Source of the DNA: Fibrobacterota bacterium | GTDB taxonomy: Bacteria > Fibrobacterota > Fibrobacteria > UBA11236 | DNA length: 21,086 bases | Direction of reading: 5' to 3' | NCBI GenBank assembly: GCA_043753995.1 | Contig: JAYUVP010000132.1 | Coordinates: 1 to 21,086 of the forward strand | In this document: one piece after another, positions 1-7,836 of the stretch | Layout of the letters: each line of letters opens with the position of its first letter | How positions within the stretch are numbered: the stretch's first letter is position 1 | The notes under the pieces: model-generated | What the model saw: the letters and a program-made list of their open reading frames with translations, nothing else | The model's database searches: none | Told to the model about the DNA's origin: nothing | Position numbers and translations under genes: made by a program

Positions 1-2
1 GT

Positions 3-182
3 GTAGAAGGTCTGGCCGATGTCCGTATTATTTGCGCGATCCATGAATCCGCTAGGACCGGAAAGCCCGTGGCTGTCGAAAAGGTCGCTAAACGGAAGCG
101 TCCCAACGGTAAAATGGAGATCAACCTGCCACCGGTTAAAAAACCGGAATTGTTCCACGCCGATAAGCCAACCCAGGATTGA
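3..182 (+). CDS. Gfo/Idh/MocA-family (glucose-fructose oxidoreductase-like) oxidoreductase, 3' end only
   Basis: Not in the ORF track. Frame +3 reads VEGLADVRIICAIHESARTGKPVAVEKVAKRKRPNGKMEINLPPVKKPELFHADKPTQD* with TGA at 180-182. EGLADVRII.AI.ESARTG.PV is the typical last helix of this family. Confidence 0.75.
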   Translation, partial: VEGLADVRIICAIHESARTGKPVAVEKVAKRKRPNGKMEINLPPVKKPELFHADKPTQD

Positions 183-200
183 CCCAGGCCGCATCGACGC

Positions 201-2705
201 CTACCTAGCAATCGCTACCGTTATGGAAATACGTCCAACCGTGGCCAAATAAATGCCCCGGGGAAGATCACGGAGATCCATTTCGCCTTTACCTATGCGG
301 ACTTCCTGCCCGCGTAAATCGGTCAGACGAATGATGGCATTGCCGCTGGCCAAGATGGAATTGCCCTTGCGGTGCAGATGGACTTGTGAGATTGGAAAAT
401 GATTTGGGATATCCGTCACCGATCCCGGAGTATAATCGATCCTGTCCGGGCAAGTATTCGGGTTCCCGCTTTCCTCGGCGAAAAGGATACCACGGCCCGC
501 ACCCCCACCCACGTATACCCGCGAGAAAACGCAAGGATCGCCCACTAGCAACCCGAACCCACCGTATTGGTGAGCATCCTCATCGATTCGATCCCAGGTA
601 GCCCCGTCATCGATGGAACGGAAGAGTCCTTTGACAAAATCTGAGCGCTCACCAGCGACATAAATCGCCGGAATCCCTGGAGTCTTTCCTTTACCGAAGG
701 CGATGGCGGTCGCGAAGGATATACCCTCGACCTGGGTCAAGGTTTTGCCCGCATCGGTGGATCGAAAAACGACATTCGATCCGGCGCCGATATAGGCATT
801 GGCTTGAGTGAACCAAATTTCGCCCGCAGCCTTAGGTGAGACGAAGGCGCGAAAGTATTGATAGGCCCACCAATCTGCTCGGCCCAGTTCGCCATTCGTG
901 GCGCTCCAGCTCACCCCATGGTCGGTGCTTTGGAAAAACTGGCCGATCTTGGGGTTATTAATATAAAAGACACCCGGGGTCACTGGGTCGGCCAATACCC
1001 GGAATCCCACATCCGGCGTGGTTAGGAGCGAAGAGTCGGTCAAGGATTTTGTCCATGTATTGCCCTTATCCTTTGACCAGTAGACGCCATGCGATTGCAT
1101 ATTCCACACGATGCTCGAACCATCGGCGGACAAGGCCGCGAAATTGGTTTCACTGGTTGAACCCCAGTCTGAAAGGGCTACAGGAGGATGGGAAGCGAAT
1201 TCCGTCCAGGATTTTCCGCCATCCTCGGACCATCCACCCAGGCCATGATCCAAACTCTTATAAATGCGAATCATTTTTTTCTGGGCTAATGCCGCCACCG
1301 AAATATCGTAGTTGGTACCCACGTCCACATCATGCGGGCGTGCCGGAGGCACCGTGAGACTGGCATGATAGGCACCATTCACATCTCCCATCACGCTCAC
1401 GAGCGGAGCTCCATAGGTCGGGCTCACCGCTCCCAGCGGAACCGTCTCCTCTAAGCCCTGGTCGGTGAAATACCAGGTTGGCAATTCTGCTTTGGCATTG
1501 GTCGTGCTCCAGACGCCGGCGCCTGAACCGAAAATAATATGATTCACATTTGACGGATCAATGGCCAGGGCCGTGATCCAACCTGGATTGCTGGAAGCGG
1601 CCCAGGCCGCGCTGACCGTGTCGAAAGTGGCCTGGAGGAGTATGTCGGTCCATGTTTTTCCTCCGTCACGGCTCTGGTACATAGCCTCGCAAGGCGCGAA
1701 AGTCGATGGGCTGCGGGGATTGTCCTGGCAACGCCACCAGCCATTCGATACCACGATCACACGGTTCGAATCGGTCGGATCCAAAGCCACCGCGCCATAG
1801 CCGAAATTCTTGGTATAGCCATTCCATTCCTTAGAAGGCATGGTCAAAGAAGTGAATGTCTGTGAGGTGATATTGTATTTCCAAACCGATCCATCCCCGG
1901 TGCCGCCTTGGTCCATCGGATATTCCTTATTCGCGGTCAGCCAAATCGAATGGGACAGGCGCGAATATTTCATTTGATAAATCACATCGGTTAGACTGTC
2001 GATCTGGGTCCAGGCCAATCCATCGGGGCTTTTCCAAAGGCCGCCCGTGCTGGGTGCCGCATAGACATTACCTGCCGAATCGAGTACCACGGCGCCCACC
2101 GCCGTACTGTCTCCCAGGGCAGCCACCGTGGTCCAGGTGTCCCCTCTATCCGTGCTGCGAAGCAGTCCATTTTGATTCGTGCCCAAGTAAATCATGGCCC
2201 CCTTCACCGCAATGCGTGAGCCCATTCCGCGCCCCTGTCCATTGCCCGCGAAGCAAACATTGCCATTGCCGGTGAGCGCCGAGGCCTTGGTTCCAGCGAT
2301 ATTGTCTTGGCCGAGTGTGATTTTTGTCCAAGTCGCGCCGCGATCCGCTGAGCGCAAAAAGGAGGCGGCTCCGCACCAGGAAAGTGACGTATAAAGTCCC
2401 CCGGTCAGGTAGACATAATTCGTGTCCTCGGGATCGAGGCCAATGCCGATGGAGCCCATATCATTGCCGTCGGTGAAGCTATCGGTAATGGAGATCCAGT
2501 CCTTGCCATTGGATGGGTCGAGGCGATAAGCTCCGCCGACATCGGTGCGCGCATAGGCAGGCCCGCCCACCTTGGGATGAAAAAGGACTTCAGGGACATA
2601 GCCGCCACCGCGGAATTGGACGCTCTGCCATTTGTATTCGGCATGAACGACGGTAGCGATCAAGCAAGAGGCGACAATCAATTTGTAGTTGTGGATTGTT
2701 TTCAT
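201..2705 (-). CDS. Secreted GH74 xyloglucanase-like glycoside hydrolase (BNR/Asp-box beta-propellers) with C-terminal T9SS-type sorting domain
   Basis: Start placed at ATG 2705 (MKTIH..., signal peptide ending VVHA) rather than GTG 2726. Motifs: YKWQSVQFRGGGYV, YARTDVGGAYR (catalytic Asp codon 2541-2543), GNGQGRGMG, SVMGDVNG (second Asp codon 1383-1385) and many S.D.G.TW Asp-boxes. The C-terminus is DLRGQEV...LPRGIYLATV. Confidence 0.9.
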   Translation of the reverse strand: MKTIHNYKLIVASCLIATVVHAEYKWQSVQFRGGGYVPEVLFHPKVGGPAYARTDVGGAYRLDPSNGKDWISITDSFTDGNDMGSIGIGLDPEDTNYVYLTGGLYTSLSWCGAASFLRSADRGATWTKITLGQDNIAGTKASALTGNGNVCFAGNGQGRGMGSRIAVKGAMIYLGTNQNGLLRSTDRGDTWTTVAALGDSTAVGAVVLDSAGNVYAAPSTGGLWKSPDGLAWTQIDSLTDVIYQMKYSRLSHSIWLTANKEYPMDQGGTGDGSVWKYNITSQTFTSLTMPSKEWNGYTKNFGYGAVALDPTDSNRVIVVSNGWWRCQDNPRSPSTFAPCEAMYQSRDGGKTWTDILLQATFDTVSAAWAASSNPGWITALAIDPSNVNHIIFGSGAGVWSTTNAKAELPTWYFTDQGLEETVPLGAVSPTYGAPLVSVMGDVNGAYHASLTVPPARPHDVDVGTNYDISVAALAQKKMIRIYKSLDHGLGGWSEDGGKSWTEFASHPPVALSDWGSTSETNFAALSADGSSIVWNMQSHGVYWSKDKGNTWTKSLTDSSLLTTPDVGFRVLADPVTPGVFYINNPKIGQFFQSTDHGVSWSATNGELGRADWWAYQYFRAFVSPKAAGEIWFTQANAYIGAGSNVVFRSTDAGKTLTQVEGISFATAIAFGKGKTPGIPAIYVAGERSDFVKGLFRSIDDGATWDRIDEDAHQYGGFGLLVGDPCVFSRVYVGGGAGRGILFAEESGNPNTCPDRIDYTPGSVTDIPNHFPISQVHLHRKGNSILASGNAIIRLTDLRGQEVRIGKGEMDLRDLPRGIYLATVGRISITVAIAR

Positions 2706-2820
2706 TTCCAGAGGGTAGGCCGACACCTCTGTCCCTGCCGGTACACTACGGGTTAAGCCGCTGCATTGAGTTTCAGCGATGCCTCAATGGATCCTCAACG
2801 CAGGACAAGAACAGCAAGAT

Positions 2821-2910
2821 CCCCAAACTGGGGGCGCGTTCGCCCCCTCGGCTGAGCCTCCTCGCTTCGCTTGCGGGGTCTCAGCCTACCCCCACCGCCC
2901 CAAGGGGCGC
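2821..2910. repeat. GC-rich multi-hairpin palindromic element (REP-like)
   Basis: Three stems: GGGGGCG/CGCCCCC (2830-2847), GGCTGAG/CTCAGCC (2850-2886, enclosing CTCGCTTCGCTTGCG) and CGCCCC-AA-GGGGCG (2896-2909). There is only one copy in the window, so repeat status is inferred. Confidence 0.5.
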
Positions 2911-2925
2911 CTTCCCTGATGTATC

Positions 2926-2941
2926 TGTGATGTAAGTCACT
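2926..2941. promoter_or_regulatory. CRP/FNR-family-like binding site
   Basis: TGTGA-TGTAAG-TCACT matches 9 of 10 positions of TGTGA-N6-TCACA. It lies at the edge of the AT-rich divergent promoter region between the GH74 and DUF1080 genes. Confidence 0.4.
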
Positions 2942-3081
2942 TATAAACAAATATCCCTAGAATCGTATTTGAACCCGTTGGACAGTTTTAGAAAATATTG
3001 GAATGAAAGTCCAAACACGCCTTTCTCCTTAGCCGTAGATTTCCTCAGGCAAGTATTAGCACAGTCTTTAAGGGGGGCACT

Positions 3082-4416
3082 TTGTTGGCTCATTCCATCA
3101 CCATGGGAATCCTTTCATCCCTGGTTCTGTCGGTAAGCGCTCAGACCCTCGATCTCAGGGGCCGCATCGTGCAAGCGAACGGGACTCCCATCCCGGACGC
3201 CACGGTGGAATTAAAGGTTCGCGGGACTTCCGTGAAATCTGGCACGGACGGTGCCTTCGCCTTCAGCGGCAATGTCGGGCTGGGCCCAGTGGACAAGCTG
3301 CCTTTCGCGTATCGCTTGGCGGCCAATTTCCTCTCCGTCGAGATTGCCAGTCCGCAAGAATTGCGCATCGAAATCCTAAGCGGCGCGGGTCGCGTGCTGG
3401 GCGTCTTGGATCGCCGCTTGGATGCAGGGCATCACCGCATCGCCCTGGACCAAGCTTTACCCGCTCCCGGCGGAAACGCGGGCTTGTATTTCCTCCGGCT
3501 GCGGCTGGGCGGGGAAACCCTCACCCATCCCTTCTTCCATTCGGGAAATAGCTCAGCGGGATTGATTTTCGCGCCACCGTATCGGGAGGCCGCAGGCAAA
3601 CGGGCCGCTACCGTCGACACCTTGCGAATCCGTAAGGCTGGTTTTCAGGATTTGGCCAAGGCTGTCGACAGCTACACGGCTGGCAACCTGGGTGACCTCA
3701 CCATGGTGGCAGCTTCCACGGGTGGCTGGGTCAATCTCTTCAATGGCAAAGATCTGACTGGCTGGCTGCCCCTGATCCACAAATCCAAAGTGGGGGAAAA
3801 CATCTATGATACCTTCCGGGCCGATTCGGTGAATAAGGTCATCCGGGTCGCCTACGATAAATACCCGAACCAGGACTTCGCCGATCGCTGCGGGAATCTT
3901 TATTATAACCGGCGACTCACCAATTACCGCATCCGGGTAACCTATCGATTTCTTGAGCCCCAGGCGAAGAATCCAGTGGGATGGGGCCATAACAATTCGG
4001 GCCTGATGATATTCGGCATCGATCCCACCACGGTCACGGGAGACCCGGAATTTCCCCCGATCATCGAGATCCAATTGCTAGGCAGTCCTACCAATCCCGG
4101 AGGCGGCGGCTCTACGTCGCCCAACCATTGCGAGCCGAATGGGATGAGGATGAAGTCGTCCACGGCCAGCTGCGGCGATAACCGCACCGGCAAGGCTCCC
4201 AATCCTGCGGGGGATTGGACCACGGTCGAGGCCGAAGTGCATGTCACCGGCACAACCAAGGTTTTCCAATTGCCCGATACGACCAAGCCGGTTTTCACCA
4301 TGGTCGGACCCCCTACGTACAACTCACAGGCTGTCACGGGCGGGTTTATCTCGCTGCAATCGGAAAGCCAGCCCATCGAGTACAAGGACATCCTGCTCAT
4401 GGAGTTGTCCCAGTAA
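3082..4416 (+). CDS. Secreted DUF1080 (3-keto-disaccharide hydrolase-like) protein with N-terminal carboxypeptidase-regulatory-like domain
   Basis: SD-like AAGGGGGG precedes the TTG start; signal peptide ends VSA-Q. N-terminal GRIVQANGTPIPDATVEL...DGAF; C-terminal GWVNLFNGKDLTGW, NNSG, IEIQL and GFISLQSE...IEYKDI, all typical of DUF1080. Confidence 0.85.
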   Translation: MLAHSITMGILSSLVLSVSAQTLDLRGRIVQANGTPIPDATVELKVRGTSVKSGTDGAFAFSGNVGLGPVDKLPFAYRLAANFLSVEIASPQELRIEILSGAGRVLGVLDRRLDAGHHRIALDQALPAPGGNAGLYFLRLRLGGETLTHPFFHSGNSSAGLIFAPPYREAAGKRAATVDTLRIRKAGFQDLAKAVDSYTAGNLGDLTMVAASTGGWVNLFNGKDLTGWLPLIHKSKVGENIYDTFRADSVNKVIRVAYDKYPNQDFADRCGNLYYNRRLTNYRIRVTYRFLEPQAKNPVGWGHNNSGLMIFGIDPTTVTGDPEFPPIIEIQLLGSPTNPGGGGSTSPNHCEPNGMRMKSSTASCGDNRTGKAPNPAGDWTTVEAEVHVTGTTKVFQLPDTTKPVFTMVGPPTYNSQAVTGGFISLQSESQPIEYKDILLMELSQ

Positions 4417-4431
4417 GGCAAGCGGACAATT

Positions 4432-5319
4432 TCAATCCTCGGTTTTAGGGAGCGCACTCACCTTGATATGATAGGGTTTTGTTCCAAATTCCGGCAAATC
4501 CGTACCCTCCCCTCCCACGGCAGGGGTATTGACCCAGTAGGAAACTCGAATGACGTATTCGCCGGGTTTCACCACATCCGAAATCTCAATCAAATCGGAT
4601 CCTCCGGTGCCGGAATAGGAACTCTCAAAGGATTTGCCATTAGCGTCAAAAATTGCGAATTCCGGATTCATTTCTATTGGGATTTGGGTGAGGGCGACTC
4701 GGATGCGTCCGGAATCGACCAAGGTCACCTTGTAATGGTCGTAAAAATCCTGCTCATTATTGGATCCGTGGTGGTAGAGCAAGGCGCCATAGGTTGAATC
4801 CAAAGTGATGGCAACGGCTTCAGTCAATTTATTGTTGGGTTCAAGCGAATCGTATACCGGTACATATTCGAGTCGAAGGGTATAGGGCTGGTCGTTGGAG
4901 TAAGCAAGCCAATCGCTGATATCGACATAATAGGTTTTACCCGGAACCACGGAAATCCACGCGCTTAAATCCGCACCCTGGGTACCATTGTTGCTTATAA
5001 CGCCATAGGATTGTTTGAGTTCGTTGTAGAAAAGTATTTCGGGTTTGCCTGGGAATGGGGAAAGATGGGCAATCACGTATCCGCCCAGTTCGAAAGAATC
5101 AGGCGCAGTGAATGAATAGAAGTCGTGATCATTATGGGTTTGTATGCGAGCCTTCACGGGCACGCCTATTTTTATCGGGGTGGCGCTTCTGGCGTCATTA
5201 TTGGACTCATAAGCATCCACGTATAATATTTCGGATACTGTCGTATCCTCTGCTTTCTCCAGGGCGGTGCATCCGACAATCAATGCGGCTCCAAGGAATA
5301 GGTTGTTCCGGTATTTCAT
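4432..5319 (-). CDS. Lipoprotein with two tandem PPC / pre-peptidase C-terminal-like beta-sandwich repeats
   Basis: Lipobox LIVGC. Repeat 1: DAYESNNDARSATPI...DHDFYSF...GKTYYV...YTLRL. Repeat 2: DSLEPNNKLTEAVAI...YDHYKV...GEYVIRV...YHIKV. Confidence 0.8.
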   Translation of the reverse strand: MKYRNNLFLGAALIVGCTALEKAEDTTVSEILYVDAYESNNDARSATPIKIGVPVKARIQTHNDHDFYSFTAPDSFELGGYVIAHLSPFPGKPEILFYNELKQSYGVISNNGTQGADLSAWISVVPGKTYYVDISDWLAYSNDQPYTLRLEYVPVYDSLEPNNKLTEAVAITLDSTYGALLYHHGSNNEQDFYDHYKVTLVDSGRIRVALTQIPIEMNPEFAIFDANGKSFESSYSGTGGSDLIEISDVVKPGEYVIRVSYWVNTPAVGGEGTDLPEFGTKPYHIKVSALPKTED

Positions 5320-5695
5320 TTTTAGGCCTTTTCGACGAAATGGGTATTCAGGGCGTGTCGCCTTCCAAGCTTGGATGCATGGGGATGCCGAAATGCCTCA
5401 TTTTTGATCGGAAATTTCTCCTGAGTTCGCCCACTCCCATCTCTTTCAGGCTGCCGCCGGTGTCAGGTGGGTGGGCCCGTATTTCCAGCCGCTGTCGAAT
5501 CGCTTGTAGGTGAGATGGCGAAGGCTTTTTGAAATCAGATCCACCTACGCAGCCGGGAGGTTGGCCGGGCACTTGCCCTTGACAGCCAAGGTGGCCGAGC
5601 CATGGATTTACTTCTTGCTGGCTGGGAGGAAAGTCAAGGTCCGGACTGCAAACGCTGAGGCGAGGTCGCGGCCAATTTTGCTCATGGCTGGTTCC

Positions 5696-6865
5696 TCAAC
5701 GGAAGACAATATCATCCAGATCTACAAAGGTGCCGCCAATTGGAATTTGGAACTCAATGGCGAGCACCTTGCGTCCGAACACTTTCCAAGTCACTAGCGA
5801 ATCCGGCGTTTCGGGATCGGGTGTCATAGACGCCGTCGCCAGACAAGCATTGCGCCATTGGAGAGACGATGGAAGGGTCGAGGAAAGAGCCGGCCGCACT
5901 CCCGAAACGGAGTCGCGCTGAAACACGACATAGAGAAGGGTGTCGGTACGGTAGCTGAAGCAGACCTTACTGTAAGCGCTGATGTCCAGCGCGAGGCCGG
6001 TGAGGCCAAGAGCGAACCAACCGAAGTCCCCCGTGCCGGTGAATCGCGCATGAAAAACCTTTCCATTGCGCGTGGAATCAGGGCCCATGGCCTGGAGCAT
6101 ATCCGTTTCTTGGGAGGAAACCGGAAGGGTCATTTCCATTTGCGTTGTCCACGTATACCACGGAGACATGGCGGGTTGACTCTGAAAAAGCATCGGGAGA
6201 GTCGTGCCGGATTCGAAGTCGTCTATCCATAAGGGGGGTACCGTGGTGTCGCTGGTCAGGGTAACATTGCCGTTTCCTTCAAAACGTGTGATACCGTCTT
6301 CCAGGATGACGGTGCCCAAGGGGCGAAGTGCCCCCGTATCGGCATCGAAAACAAGGGAGTATTTCGCCTTCGGAATTCCGGTGAACGAGAACGATCCGTT
6401 CGCTTCCAGCAGCGCAGAATGAAAGGTGGAGTCGAGTAGCATGCGACCTTCGGCGGTTCCGGATCCTTCGGTCCAATGACCATGAATTTCACGCAAGGTA
6501 TCCAGGTGAATGGTTTGGCGGTCTCCTTCTTGGATGAAAATGCGTTTGGACCATGCGCCCAGGCCCTTCGCGGCATTGCGGATTTCGAGGAAGGCATAGG
6601 CTTCCTGCGGAAGCTGGATGATGCCTGCCGAGTCGCCAAAGGCGGTGTCGACCCAAGCGGGTTTGCTGGTGGGTATATCCCATTGGCGAGCGGCCAAAAG
6701 GACGCATCCGGGAAGGGGTTGTCCCTCCGGACCCAGTGCGACCACGGTACCGCCATTGGTGGTGGTCGTGGTTTTGCCCGCCACGGAATTGCTTTCGCAG
6801 GAGGCTAGAAACCAGGCCAATCCGGCGGTGAATAAACCCAGGAAATGCGAAAGGCTGCGGTTCAC
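5696..6865 (-). CDS. Lipoprotein with Ig/carboxypeptidase-regulatory-like domains and C-terminal CBM11/CIA30-like galactose-binding-fold domain
   Basis: The GTG start overlaps the upstream stop (GTGA) and has a GAGGA SD. Lipobox LASC is followed by VAGKTTTTTNG; NGSFSFTGIPKAKYSL in the middle; C-terminal WIDDFESG...LDISAYSKVCFSYR...VDLDDIVFR. Confidence 0.75.
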   Translation of the reverse strand: MNRSLSHFLGLFTAGLAWFLASCESNSVAGKTTTTTNGGTVVALGPEGQPLPGCVLLAARQWDIPTSKPAWVDTAFGDSAGIIQLPQEAYAFLEIRNAAKGLGAWSKRIFIQEGDRQTIHLDTLREIHGHWTEGSGTAEGRMLLDSTFHSALLEANGSFSFTGIPKAKYSLVFDADTGALRPLGTVILEDGITRFEGNGNVTLTSDTTVPPLWIDDFESGTTLPMLFQSQPAMSPWYTWTTQMEMTLPVSSQETDMLQAMGPDSTRNGKVFHARFTGTGDFGWFALGLTGLALDISAYSKVCFSYRTDTLLYVVFQRDSVSGVRPALSSTLPSSLQWRNACLATASMTPDPETPDSLVTWKVFGRKVLAIEFQIPIGGTFVDLDDIVFR

Positions 6866-7686
6866 CTGGATTCCTCGGGGAGTCGTGACAAGGGGAAAAG
6901 CTGTAAGTTCAAATGATAGACGCGATCCGACTTGGGTGAGTTCTCCACGAGCTTGGCAACATTGGCTTGAAATTCCCGGACGATGACCTTCAAGTCCGTC
7001 AAAGTTTGCGCGTCGATATTCATCGTCATCGTCGATATGTCCCGAAATTCGGCGGGCGTAACATCCAAGGAGCGGGAGGCCAATTCCATGGTGGTCTTCT
7101 GGAAAGACTTGATGGCCTCGGCCTTCCAGTTATCGCCCGAGTGGAGATGGGTGTCGATGATTTCGTAACCGGTTGCCGTCCTACGTGCCATCCCTATTCT
7201 TTCGAGCAGGAAAACGGCGCGCATGGCCTCGTCCGCAGGGACGGGGGGTGAGAGCCGGGAGCCCAAGGCCTCGTAGTCCCCGTCGAAAAGTTGGCAGTCG
7301 AGCAAGGATCGGAGCGCCACGTGAATCCAATTGGAGAAATACTCTTCTTGGTCTTCCCTCACCACGGTATAGCCCACGCCTCGCAGCTGCATCAAACGAT
7401 CGTGAAAGACGCGCGCCTGGTTTTCCGTTTTGGCCTTGTTGAAAGAAACCAGGTTTCGAAAGTATTCCAGAGATTCGTCGGTCAGGCCGAAAATGCCCGC
7501 CATGCGGTCCACCAAGTCGTCGCCCAGGTGGAGTTTTTTCTGTAATAGGCGAGTCAGATAGCTGGAATCCATCCCCACCTTGTTCCCGATGTAACGATAG
7601 GAAAAAGACCTTTTTTGCTTGCGGCGCTCCTCATAGGAGTCTTTAAGGTATTCCCTGTAATCGGAATAGTTGAACAAGTCGGGCAT
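6862..7686 (-). CDS. TIGR02147-family protein (N-terminal HTH-like region + DUF4423)
   Basis: 274 aa with family-typical LFNYSDYREYLKDSYEERR...FSYRYI, EYFRNLVSFNKAKT, YFSNWIHVALR, RDISTMTM and VYHLNLQLFPLS. Confidence 0.9.
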   Translation of the reverse strand: MPDLFNYSDYREYLKDSYEERRKQKRSFSYRYIGNKVGMDSSYLTRLLQKKLHLGDDLVDRMAGIFGLTDESLEYFRNLVSFNKAKTENQARVFHDRLMQLRGVGYTVVREDQEEYFSNWIHVALRSLLDCQLFDGDYEALGSRLSPPVPADEAMRAVFLLERIGMARRTATGYEIIDTHLHSGDNWKAEAIKSFQKTTMELASRSLDVTPAEFRDISTMTMNIDAQTLTDLKVIVREFQANVAKLVENSPKSDRVYHLNLQLFPLSRLPEESR

Positions 7687-7836
7687 TGAAACCCTAATCT
7701 AAACCCGGTCAGCCGCTCGGCTCGTCGAAATAGGGCGCCTCGATGGCAATATTTCCGTAAAATCCCAAGTTACTCGGGGCTTCCGCGCTCGTTGTCGCCG
7801 TTTTCGCCTGCGCCCGCCATCCCCTACAATGGATGG

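Noticed and set aside
19..252. 77-aa + strand ORF from the track
   Set aside because: It is in the wrong frame. Frame +3 (3-182) encodes a recognisable oxidoreductase C-terminus, and this ORF would overlap the GH74 gene.
2706..2726. GTG start at 2726 for GH74
   Set aside because: ATG 2705 gives a canonical MK-start signal peptide, and the extension lies within a leader hairpin.
2696..2935. 79-aa ORF across the palindromic element
   Set aside because: It is a Pro/Ser-rich translation of GC hairpins with no recognisable motif.
2978..3014. TTGGAC...GTCCAA inverted repeat
   Set aside because: A 6-bp arm with a 25-nt spacer is expected by chance.
5320..5695. Possible riboswitch upstream of the PPC lipoprotein
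   Set aside because: I could not match any known riboswitch consensus on either strand. An Rfam scan would be decisive.
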